Shown here: positions 10,183 to 18,835 of the stretch, in pieces
Position numbering within the stretch: position 1 is the first letter of the stretch
Layout: each line of letters opens with the position of its first letter
Translations under genes and position numbers: made by a program
The notes under the pieces: model-generated
What the model saw: only the letters and a program-made list of their open reading frames with translations
Databases searched by the model: none
What the model was told of the DNA's origin: nothing
Origin: an uncultured Candidatus Saccharibacteria bacterium
GTDB taxonomy: Bacteria; Patescibacteriota; Minisyncoccia; Phycocordibacterales; PCTT01
Direction of reading: 5' to 3'
Assembly: GCA_964566505.1 (NCBI GenBank)
Contig: CAZMIM010000004.1
Location: 1 to 62,357, forward strand
Length of the DNA stretch: 62,357 nucleotides

Positions 10183-10203
10183 GTATAAAAAATATTTACT
10201 CTT

Positions 10204-11616
10204 TTACGAAAGCGCTTCTTTTATAAGACTCTCAAGCATATTAGGGTCTGCAGAGCCTCCCATCTTTCTCATTCCTTGTCCTACCAAAAATCCTAACACC
10301 TTCTCCTTCCCTCCTCTATACTCCTCTGCCACATCAGAGTGCTCCGCTATAATCTCCTCAACCACACGCTTTAACGCACCTTCATCTCTGACTTGTAGAA
10401 GCCCTTCTTTTTCTGCAATTTCTTTTGGATTACCACCCCTTTCAAACATAATAATCAGTGTATCTTTTGCACCACGAGAAGAAAGTTCTCCTTCTTTTAC
10501 CATTCTGATAAGCTCTGAGAAATCCTTAGGATCAAGAGACAACTCTTCATCGTCTGTATTTTTATAATATCCAGCAACATCTGAAGCTACATAGTTTGAT
10601 GCAAGCAAAATAGCATCACTGTCTTTTAGGTGCTCTAGGACGCTATCCATAAAATCACCAAACACCGGAAGTGCCACATACATGTCTGCATCATCTTTCT
10701 TCAAACCAAGTGATAGATAACGCTCTCTCCGCACCCACGGGAGCTCGGGCAACTCATTTCTCAAAACATCTTCAGAAAACTCTGGGATTTGTGAAATATC
10801 AAGCTTTGGCAAATCTGGATCTGGGAAATATCTATAGTCTGCAGAACCTTCTTTTTTACGCTGTGAAAATGTTGAGCCTGTAATATCATCCCAACCACGC
10901 GTCTCTTGAACTAGCTCTTCCCCATTTTCAAGTGCCTCAATATGCCTCTTTATCTCATATGCTATAGCCTTTTCTGCCACCTTAAATGAGTTCAGGTTCT
11001 TTACCTCCACCTTTGTGCCAAGCTCATCTGTTTTGCTTACTGATATGTTTGCCTCAATACGCATTTCGCCCTTTTCCATATTTGCATCTGATACACCAAG
11101 AGTTCTCAGAAGCAGCTGTAGCTCTCTACCAAATCGTGCTGCATCCTCTGCACTATGAATCACAGGCTCTGTAACGAGTTCCATTAACGGCACTCCTGCT
11201 CGGTTAAAATCAACTAGACTCTCATCACTTCCTGAGTCATGCTGTGAACGCGCTGTATCTTCTTCTAGATGAATTCTTGTTACTTCCACACCAGAAAGTA
11301 CCCCTCCTTTTACTAGAGGATATTTATACTGAGATATTTGATACCCTTTTGGAATATCAGGATAAAAATAGTTCTTTCTATCAAACTCTGTAAATGAGGC
11401 AATCTCACCATCAATTGCGTACCCAACCTTCAATACACTTCTTACAGCTTCTTTGTTTATCACAGGAAGAGTTCCTGGGTGTGCCATACACACAGGACAG
11501 ACATTTACATTTGGACGTGTTTCATCTGGATCATTTTTAGAGTTACAAAACATCTTTGTTTTGGTATTCAACTCAGCATGTATCTCCAGTCCTATTGTGG
11601 GTTTGTATTCGCTCAT
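10204..11616 (-). CDS. gatB: Asp-tRNA(Asn)/Glu-tRNA(Gln) amidotransferase subunit B
   Basis: N-terminal IGLEIHAELNTKTKMFC...CPVCMAHPGTLP motif and a YqeY-like C-terminal tail. Confidence 0.95.
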   Translation of the reverse strand: MSEYKPTIGLEIHAELNTKTKMFCNSKNDPDETRPNVNVCPVCMAHPGTLPVINKEAVRSVLKVGYAIDGEIASFTEFDRKNYFYPDIPKGYQISQYKYPLVKGGVLSGVEVTRIHLEEDTARSQHDSGSDESLVDFNRAGVPLMELVTEPVIHSAEDAARFGRELQLLLRTLGVSDANMEKGEMRIEANISVSKTDELGTKVEVKNLNSFKVAEKAIAYEIKRHIEALENGEELVQETRGWDDITGSTFSQRKKEGSADYRYFPDPDLPKLDISQIPEFSEDVLRNELPELPWVRRERYLSLGLKKDDADMYVALPVFGDFMDSVLEHLKDSDAILLASNYVASDVAGYYKNTDDEELSLDPKDFSELIRMVKEGELSSRGAKDTLIIMFERGGNPKEIAEKEGLLQVRDEGALKRVVEEIIAEHSDVAEEYRGGKEKVLGFLVGQGMRKMGGSADPNMLESLIKEALS

Positions 11617-11624
11617 ATTTATTA

Positions 11625-12593
11625 TTATACCGTGCTTGAAAGAATCTTTGTAAGTCCGTCAGAAAGACTCTTTATACTTACATCATCAATGATAGATGTT
11701 ACAAAAACATCCTCACCAGAAAATAGCTCTCGTGCTTTTTTTACATCTTCATCGTCTACCAAATCCTCTTTTGTAAAAACTATAATATATGGCTTTTCAA
11801 GCATACTCTCATCATATGATGATAGCTCTGTTTTAAGAGCATTAAATGCATTTAAATAATCCTCCTCTTCAAGTGAAATGGTGTACACCAAAAGTCTTGT
11901 TCTAGAAATATGGCGCAAAAACTTATGGCCAAGACCCTTACCGTCAGATGCTCCTTCAATAATCCCAGGAATATCTGCCAAAATATAACCGTAAAGATTC
12001 CCCAAGTGCGGAGAAAGAGTTGTGAAAGCATAGTCAGCAACCTTTGATTGCGCATTTGTAAGAGCATTTAAAAGAGATGACTTTCCAGCGTTTGGAAAAC
12101 CAACAAAACCAGCATCCGCTATCAAACGGATTTCGATATTAAAATTACCAGACTGACCTGGCTTGCCAGGAGTCCATTCTTTTGGAGTTTGGTTTGTTGA
12201 GCTTTTAAAATGCTCATTACCAAGTCCTCCATTCCCCCCTTTTAGAATAAGTATTTTTTCGTCTTCTTCTAGTAGCTCATAAAAATCCCCTGTCTCTGTA
12301 TTGGTAACCATTGAGCCTATAGGCAAATCAAGAACCAAATCTTCTCCAGCCTTTCCATAGAGGCTATTACTTCCTCCTGCTTCACCGCTCTCTGCGTGCA
12401 TTTCTCCTTCTGATGCATATCGCTTTAGAAGCTCAGAGTCACGCACTCCACGAATATACACATCGCCTCCGCGACCACCATTTCCTCCGGCTGGACCACC
12501 TTTTGGTCGAAACTTCTCACGCCGAAAACGAACAACACCTTTCCCGCCGTCCCCTGCCTTTAAATGTAGTTTTATCTCATCAACAAAAGCCAT
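11625..12593 (-). CDS. obg: GTPase Obg (short form without a C-terminal extension)
   Basis: Gly-rich Obg fold (GGNGGRGGDVY, GGNGGLGN) followed by G-domain motifs GFPNAGKSS and DIPG. Confidence 0.9.
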   Translation of the reverse strand: MAFVDEIKLHLKAGDGGKGVVRFRREKFRPKGGPAGGNGGRGGDVYIRGVRDSELLKRYASEGEMHAESGEAGGSNSLYGKAGEDLVLDLPIGSMVTNTETGDFYELLEEDEKILILKGGNGGLGNEHFKSSTNQTPKEWTPGKPGQSGNFNIEIRLIADAGFVGFPNAGKSSLLNALTNAQSKVADYAFTTLSPHLGNLYGYILADIPGIIEGASDGKGLGHKFLRHISRTRLLVYTISLEEEDYLNAFNALKTELSSYDESMLEKPYIIVFTKEDLVDDEDVKKARELFSGEDVFVTSIIDDVSIKSLSDGLTKILSSTV

Positions 12594-12595
12594 AA

Positions 12596-15136
12596 CTATT
12601 CCTCAAGCACTTTGCTAACTTTCCAACCATCAGATAGTAGCTCTTCTGCTTTTTTATATTTCATTACCTTTGTTTCTTCCCCATTTGTAATCTCTACTTT
12701 GTCATTCCGGCCGATTTTATCTCCAACCACCACTTGTTTTGTAGGGCCTGAATGAGAACTTTTCTCAGCCTTTTGTGCACTCTTGTGAACTTCTTGGAGC
12801 TCTTGTCGTTCTTGTTTAAATGTTTGAGTATTTCCAAGCTCTCGTGAAATACGAACAATTTGTGTTGCTATTGCGTCTTCTGTTTCCTTAAACATTCGTA
12901 GTCCTTCTTTTCTATATTCCACCACTGGATCACGCTGACCATATGCGCGCAGATTCACGCTTGAGCGCGTGTAGTCCATAATCTCAAGGTGCTCCACCCA
13001 AAACATATCAATACTTTGAAGCGCTATTTGTTTTAGAGCTGTTTCAAAATATTCATCTCCAAGTTTTTCTTTTTGCTCCTCTAGATGTGCACGAAGTCCA
13101 TCAGCATCTTCATCGGCATACCCACAAACCACATCAATAAGCTCGTCTGAGTTTGCGTCCATGATTGCGTGTCTCTTCTCATAAATTGCTCGCCTCTGGT
13201 GGTTCAGAACATCATCAAATTGCAAAACATGCTTTCTGGCGTCAAAGTTAAATCCTTCAATTTTTTCCTGTGCAGACTCGAGCGCGCGTGTAATCATTTT
13301 ATTTTCAATTGGCTGATCTTCTGGAATACCAAATCGCCCCATCATTTTCTTTACAGGATCTGATGCAAAGATACGCATCAAATCGTCTTCAAGTGACACA
13401 AAGAATTGTGTTTCTCCTGGATCACCTTGTCGTCCTGAACGACCTCGAAGCTGGTTATCAATACGACGTGCATCATGACGCTCTGTACCAATCACATAAA
13501 GACCTCCTAGTTCTTTTATCTCTTGTATATCCTCTTCTTTGGCATCTTCACCACCAAGCTTAATGTCCACTCCTCGCCCAGCCATGTTTGTTGCAATAGT
13601 CACAGCACCAGGAGTACCTGCTTGTGCCACAATAGAACCTTCTTGCTCGTGGTTTTTTGCGTTTAGAATGCTGTGTGGAACTCCTTCTTGTTTTAGGTAC
13701 TCAGAAAGTAGTTCATTCTTCTCAATAGATACAGTACCGATCAATACAGGCTGCCCTTTATCATGAAGCTCTTTTACTTTGCGAGCGATGGCTTTGAATT
13801 TTCCAAGCTCTGTTTGAAAAATAAGATCATCTCTATCAATACGCGCGATTGGCCTATTTGTTGGCACTACTACAACATCAAGGCCATACACCTTATAAAA
13901 CTCCTCCTTTGAAGACTCCGCAGTACCAGTCATACCAGAAAGCTTGTCATACATTCGGAAATAGTTTTGATAAGTAACAGATGCGAACGTGCGCGACTCA
14001 CGTTGCAGTGTTACGCCTTCTTTTGCCTCAATTGCCTGATGGAGACCTTCTGAATATCTTCGTCCTGGCAGAATACGCCCCGTAAACTCATCAACAATCA
14101 TTACCTTGTCGTCTTGTACCACATATTGCTTCTCTCGCTTAAAGAGCGCTTCTGCACGCACAGCAGTCTCTAGATGGTGGACATACTTTATTCCTTTGTC
14201 GGTATAGATATTTTCTACACCCAAAGCTTTTTCTGCTTTTTCAATACCAGCATCGGTAAGCTCTATTGCTCTTTGCTTTTCATCAACATCATAGTCCTCT
14301 CCAGCCTTTAGTGTCCGAGCGATTTTTGCAAATGTCTCATATAGGTTTTCTGACTCACTTGTAGGAGCAGAAATAATCAAAGGAGTTCTAGCCTCGTCAA
14401 TCAAAATAGAGTCAATCTCATCGACAATAGCAAAATTGAAATCTCGCTGACGAAGTTCTGATTTTTTGTATGAAATGTTGTCGCGCAAGTAATCAAAACC
14501 AAACTCGTTGTTTGTTCCATATGTAATGTCTGCTTCATAGCTCTCACGACGCGAACATGGTTTTAGATACTCGTGAACAACTTTATAAAAACCACTTTCA
14601 TCACGCTCTGTGTCTTCTGGGGATCCTTCTGGCGCAAAATCTTTATCGTATAAAAATGATTGCTGGTTATTTATCACACCAACAGAGAGTCCAAGAAATG
14701 CATAAATCTCTCCCATCCACACCGCGTCACGACGAGCAAGATAATCGTTTACCGTAACAACATGAACACCTTTACCAGAAAGTGCATTCAGGTATGTTGG
14801 CAGTGTTGCAACAAGAGTTTTTCCTTCACCAGTACGCATCTCTGCAATTATTCCATCGTGCATTATCATTCCACCAATCAACTGCACGTCATAGTGACGC
14901 TGACCCAGTGTTCGCTTGGCCGCTTCTCTCACAACAGCAAATGCTTCTGGCAAAATATCATCAAGCGTCTGCCCATTTGCTAGACGCTCTTTAAATTCAT
15001 TTGTTTTCTCTTGGAGTTCTTTATTGGTGAGCTTTGAAATACCCTCTTCAAGAGCATTTATCTCCGGCACACGAGCGTGATACCGCTTCAGTGACCGTTC
15101 GTTCTCATCAGCAAAAAACTTACTAAATAAAGCCAT
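12596..15136 (-). CDS. secA: preprotein translocase ATPase SecA
   Basis: MRTGEGKT Walker A, DEVDSILIDEARTPLII and the TNMAGRGVDI motif. I prefer the start at MALFSKFF (15136) over the track start at 15172. Confidence 0.95.
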   Translation of the reverse strand: MALFSKFFADENERSLKRYHARVPEINALEEGISKLTNKELQEKTNEFKERLANGQTLDDILPEAFAVVREAAKRTLGQRHYDVQLIGGMIMHDGIIAEMRTGEGKTLVATLPTYLNALSGKGVHVVTVNDYLARRDAVWMGEIYAFLGLSVGVINNQQSFLYDKDFAPEGSPEDTERDESGFYKVVHEYLKPCSRRESYEADITYGTNNEFGFDYLRDNISYKKSELRQRDFNFAIVDEIDSILIDEARTPLIISAPTSESENLYETFAKIARTLKAGEDYDVDEKQRAIELTDAGIEKAEKALGVENIYTDKGIKYVHHLETAVRAEALFKREKQYVVQDDKVMIVDEFTGRILPGRRYSEGLHQAIEAKEGVTLQRESRTFASVTYQNYFRMYDKLSGMTGTAESSKEEFYKVYGLDVVVVPTNRPIARIDRDDLIFQTELGKFKAIARKVKELHDKGQPVLIGTVSIEKNELLSEYLKQEGVPHSILNAKNHEQEGSIVAQAGTPGAVTIATNMAGRGVDIKLGGEDAKEEDIQEIKELGGLYVIGTERHDARRIDNQLRGRSGRQGDPGETQFFVSLEDDLMRIFASDPVKKMMGRFGIPEDQPIENKMITRALESAQEKIEGFNFDARKHVLQFDDVLNHQRRAIYEKRHAIMDANSDELIDVVCGYADEDADGLRAHLEEQKEKLGDEYFETALKQIALQSIDMFWVEHLEIMDYTRSSVNLRAYGQRDPVVEYRKEGLRMFKETEDAIATQIVRISRELGNTQTFKQERQELQEVHKSAQKAEKSSHSGPTKQVVVGDKIGRNDKVEITNGEETKVMKYKKAEELLSDGWKVSKVLEE

Positions 15137-15194
15137 ATTTTCAGGATTATAGAGCACAGTATAGCACACCACTAACTCTTTTTACAGACACACA

Positions 15195-15218
15195 AAAACC
15201 TCTCTGAGAGAGGCTTTT
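15195..15218 (-). terminator. rho-independent terminator after the H1-like gene
   Basis: The minus strand reads cctctc-tca-gagagg followed by tttttgtgtg. Confidence 0.5.
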
Positions 15219-15231
15219 GTTTAGAAAAAAA

Positions 15232-15543
15232 CTATTTTTTCTTTCGTCGAACTACTTTCTTTTTAGTAGTTTTCTTTGCTGAAGACTTTTTCTTTGGAGC
15301 TGCTTTTTTCTTTGTTGTTTTTTTCTTCTTTGCAGCTGTTTTCTTTTTAGGCGCCGCCTTCTTTGTTGCTCGACGCTTTGTTGTTTTTCGTCGAACTACT
15401 TTTTTCTTTGGAGCTGCTTTCTTTCGAGTAGTCTTTTTCTTCTTTGGAGCTGCTTTTTTCTTTGGTGCAGCTTTTCGCCGTGCTGGCTTTCGAGAAGAAG
15501 ACTTCTTAGCTGTGCTCTTTTTTCTTGTTGCCATAGAATGCAA
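15232..15543 (-). CDS. histone-H1-like Lys/Ala/Pro-repeat basic protein
   Basis: 103 aa, over 50% Lys/Arg. KKAAPKKK occurs 5 times and KKKVVRRK twice. Confidence 0.6.
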   Translation of the reverse strand: MHSMATRKKSTAKKSSSRKPARRKAAPKKKAAPKKKKTTRKKAAPKKKVVRRKTTKRRATKKAAPKKKTAAKKKKTTKKKAAPKKKSSAKKTTKKKVVRRKKK

Positions 15544-15699
15544 ATAAATTATGGATATCCATGTAATGTGTTCGACCTTGTTGTTATTTTTTATAACAAC
15601 TTTTTCTTACATTCATTATCTGATATTTGTTTTTCATTAACAATCAAAAATATTTTTTATTTGTGGAAAAGAAAAAACAAAATTTTGTAAAAAGAAAAA

Positions 15700-15818
15700 C
15701 AAAAAACACCAACAAGTGGTGTGTTTTGTTTTCTGACCACAAGTGGCCAGCGAGGCGAGCTCCAAATGAAATCTTATGTGAGTGCAGTCGCTGGCCGCTT
15801 CTAGTCAGAACTGCGTAC
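15700..15818 (-). ncRNA. candidate small structured RNA of unknown class
   Basis: An orphan unit between two terminators. Minus-strand TTGCGC-N17-TACACT promoter-like pair (15846-15851 and 15823-15828). Long hairpin: ttctgac/gtcagaa closing ggccagcga/tcgctggcc, 15731-15810. Then a 5-bp hairpin plus T6 at 15701-15722. No credible ORF. Confidence 0.25.
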
Positions 15819-15854
15819 CATTAGTGTACAAATATCTAATTAATTGCGCAAACG

Positions 15855-15879
15855 AAAAAACCCGCAGAGCGGGTTTTTT
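15855..15879. terminator. bidirectional terminator after the O-antigen-ligase-like gene
   Basis: aaaaaacccgc-aga-gcgggtttttt. Confidence 0.6.
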
Positions 15880-15961
15880 CGTAAGACTTCTCGAAGCACG
15901 CATATAATGCGCACTCACGAAAACAAGTATATCACAATTTTCGAAAAATGCAAGTTAATGT

Positions 15962-18166
15962 TTAAGGGTTTCTACCAGCCTCTATCTCAGAGATATAATA
16001 ATCTATCTGATCAGCGTATTGAGGAAAATCTCCTCGAGCATCTCTAAGCACACTTAGCGCACCAGCTCTGTCCCCCACATCTAGATACGAAGCAGCAAGA
16101 GAAAATCTCAACTGAGGATTGTTTGGGTTTGCCTCAACATTTGCACGCCACAACCTTATTACTTCAGATAAATTACCTGTATCAAAATATGCTTTGATAA
16201 TCAGATCGCTCGGCACTGCAGTGGTTCCATATCGCTCTTCAAGCAATTGATTGGCAAGCGCTATATTGCCGTTATATATAGCCCCCATTGCATATGCCTG
16301 TAATGCAAGATCAAATGATGTATCAAGCTCATATGCATCCTTAAACCACCTCAACGCAACTGCATCTTGATTTAAATTCAAATAGTTTGTTCCCATCTCA
16401 AGCATGAGATTTTGTTTATTTGGAGTAAGCTCAAGTGCTTTTTCTAAATTCAAAATTGCATCATCATACAAACGATATCGTGAAAAGATAGAACCAAGAA
16501 ATACATACAAGCGAGCATTCTGCGGATCATGTTCTATTTGTTTATTTATCTCCTCTACTGCCTTATTTAGGTATGCTTCTTTTGTTGATGTAGAAATTGA
16601 AGGAGAACTAGCTACGCCGCTCGTAACCTGTCCGAGCTGCTCGCGAATCTCCTGTCTAGCAAATGCCTGTTTTTCAAGTGCTATATCAAAATATGGAAGG
16701 GCCTGTTGGTGTTGCCCTCGAGCAACAACTTGAAGTGCATCAATAAGCGCGCCTGAGGCACTGACACCACGAACAGTAAATATAGAAATGAAAACAAACG
16801 CAATCACAACACCAACCGCAGGAGCGCCATATAGAGACCACCCATTTTTTATTTCCCACACTTCAGCGCTCTCCTCTATGTAACTATTTTTTATTGCATA
16901 AACAAATGCAATGATTAGTACAAAATATATGTAGCTCACTATATTATCGAACACAAAGAAGTTGTGTATTCCATATCCAATCAGAGCACCAGCTATAAGA
17001 GCACGCTCTGCTACACTTGAGTCTTCTTCTCGTGTTCGCCAAAGCATATGAAGCGTCAAAACAAAAAGTGAAATATAGAGCAAAAATCCTACTGCACCAC
17101 CAGAGACAAGCCAATCAAACAAAACATTGTGAGCTCTATCAAACCACTGCTCTTGTGCATACATTCGTGGGTCATAGTTTTTATTAAATACATAATTGAA
17201 ACTTTCTTGTCCCCAACCAAATATTGGCTTTTCTTTAAATCCATCAATTGCCATTCCCCATATGATAAATCGAGATTGTGTTGTACCGTCCTCAAGAGAA
17301 ATATCAGAAAGACGCTTAAGAGGAAGACTGTTCTGAACAATTGATGTATTTGAAAGTGCAAAAAACATTGCCACCAAAACAACAACACCAACAAGACCGC
17401 CTACGGCAAATTTTCTAAGTCGTGCATGGTTTTTCTCAAACAGAGCAACTAAGAGAAGAGTTACGACTCCACCACCAACAAGACCCAGTATTGCTCCACG
17501 AGTAGCTGTCATAAACAAAATATATGTATTCAATACAAAAACCAGACCATACAACCAAACCTTCCAGTCAAAACGATGTATTTTATTGTGCCGATGTATC
17601 AATAGCCATAGCGCGATAAAGACGTGGAATAACATATACACGGCCAAATATGCAGCATTTCCAAAGCTTGCATCAACACGCGTACTTCCTTGATGGATTG
17701 CGAGTACTCCACCCATCTGAAGTAATGCATAAAAAGAAACCAATACACTCACGCCAAGTGATGTATTCCAAAATCTTTCCCATATCTTTTTAGTACGAAA
17801 AACAGAAATAAGTACCAGGAAAAACAGAAACAAATGGAAAAGCGTAACCCAACCTTCCATACGTTCAAAATTACTCCAAAAACTCTTAAGCGTGTTTGGA
17901 CTCAAAAGATTTGAAATAGCCATAGACACCAAAAGCGCACCAAATGCATACAATATATATGATCCTTTTGGTCTATATTTAGGGGATCTAGATATCAAAA
18001 CAATCCAAAGCCCTACAATAAGAGCGACAATTATCCTAAAGAAAAAGTTTTTTCCAGTAATAAAAGGGAAAAATGTTGAGCTAGTTACAATGAATGGGAT
18101 TATCACAAGCGAAAATACTCCCCCAAAAATCGAATACAGTAATGTTTTCTCTAAATTCTTTATCAT
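15962..18166 (-). CDS. Wzy_C / O-antigen-ligase-family polytopic membrane protein with a C-terminal TPR domain
   Basis: About 12 TM helices, Wzy_C-like TATRGAILGL and RAHNVLFDWLVSGG motifs, and a C-terminal ~270 aa of TPR-like repeats. Confidence 0.8.
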   Translation of the reverse strand: MIKNLEKTLLYSIFGGVFSLVIIPFIVTSSTFFPFITGKNFFFRIIVALIVGLWIVLISRSPKYRPKGSYILYAFGALLVSMAISNLLSPNTLKSFWSNFERMEGWVTLFHLFLFFLVLISVFRTKKIWERFWNTSLGVSVLVSFYALLQMGGVLAIHQGSTRVDASFGNAAYLAVYMLFHVFIALWLLIHRHNKIHRFDWKVWLYGLVFVLNTYILFMTATRGAILGLVGGGVVTLLLVALFEKNHARLRKFAVGGLVGVVVLVAMFFALSNTSIVQNSLPLKRLSDISLEDGTTQSRFIIWGMAIDGFKEKPIFGWGQESFNYVFNKNYDPRMYAQEQWFDRAHNVLFDWLVSGGAVGFLLYISLFVLTLHMLWRTREEDSSVAERALIAGALIGYGIHNFFVFDNIVSYIYFVLIIAFVYAIKNSYIEESAEVWEIKNGWSLYGAPAVGVVIAFVFISIFTVRGVSASGALIDALQVVARGQHQQALPYFDIALEKQAFARQEIREQLGQVTSGVASSPSISTSTKEAYLNKAVEEINKQIEHDPQNARLYVFLGSIFSRYRLYDDAILNLEKALELTPNKQNLMLEMGTNYLNLNQDAVALRWFKDAYELDTSFDLALQAYAMGAIYNGNIALANQLLEERYGTTAVPSDLIIKAYFDTGNLSEVIRLWRANVEANPNNPQLRFSLAASYLDVGDRAGALSVLRDARGDFPQYADQIDYYISEIEAGRNP

Positions 18167-18188
18167 ACAAAAACTATACCACTAAAAT

Positions 18189-18833
18189 CTATTTCCTCAC
18201 ATCAAATAAAAAGCCTAAAGGAGTTCTAATGCGGGAATTTGGTTTAAAGAAAAGAACCAACCTATCAAGCAAGTAATACCCTAAAAACACCAATGGTCGT
18301 AAAAATCTTGGGAACATCAATATCACATTATTTGCATTTCCTAGAATTGGAGAGCCTCCTATTTCAACTATTTCTACAGTCCTAAAACCAGCATCTCGAA
18401 ATATTCGCTCAAGAGCCTCTTTTGTGTATCGGAAAAAATCTTTTGGATCTGGATGATATTTCATCCAAAATGGAACAAATCCTTTTAGATCTCCCCCCTC
18501 TTTTAGAACACGATGTATTTCTCCAACCAAAAAGTTGTGATTATAAATGTGTTCTAAAAGATTAAAACAAAGAACCATATCAACAGACTCATCACCCAAA
18601 GGTAGTGCGTCTGTTTCAAAATCAATCGAGTGATAAGGCTCCCCTTCTTTGATATCAAAATTCTTTAAAGATGCGTCTTCTGGAATATCCATATACTGAA
18701 GATATGACTGTCCGCCACCTCCAAGATCGAGTACTGTGCCTCTAAGTTTGTAGCCCCTTATTGCATCATTCATCATTACGCGCAAAATACTCTGACCAAT
18801 ATAAATCTTTTTAAATGTGTGAAATGAAATCAT
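18189..18833 (-). CDS. class I SAM-dependent methyltransferase
   Basis: VLDLGGGG motif I and the LCFNLLEHI motif (Methyltransf_11-like). Confidence 0.8.
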   Translation of the reverse strand: MISFHTFKKIYIGQSILRVMMNDAIRGYKLRGTVLDLGGGGQSYLQYMDIPEDASLKNFDIKEGEPYHSIDFETDALPLGDESVDMVLCFNLLEHIYNHNFLVGEIHRVLKEGGDLKGFVPFWMKYHPDPKDFFRYTKEALERIFRDAGFRTVEIVEIGGSPILGNANNVILMFPRFLRPLVFLGYYLLDRLVLFFKPNSRIRTPLGFLFDVRK

Positions 18834-18835
18834 GT

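Noticed and set aside
15731-15810. The long hairpin as SRP (4.5S) RNA
   Set aside because: I could not find the conserved domain IV features (GNRA/GGAA apical loop, AGCA and symmetric-loop motifs) on either strand. It is kept only as an unclassified sRNA candidate.
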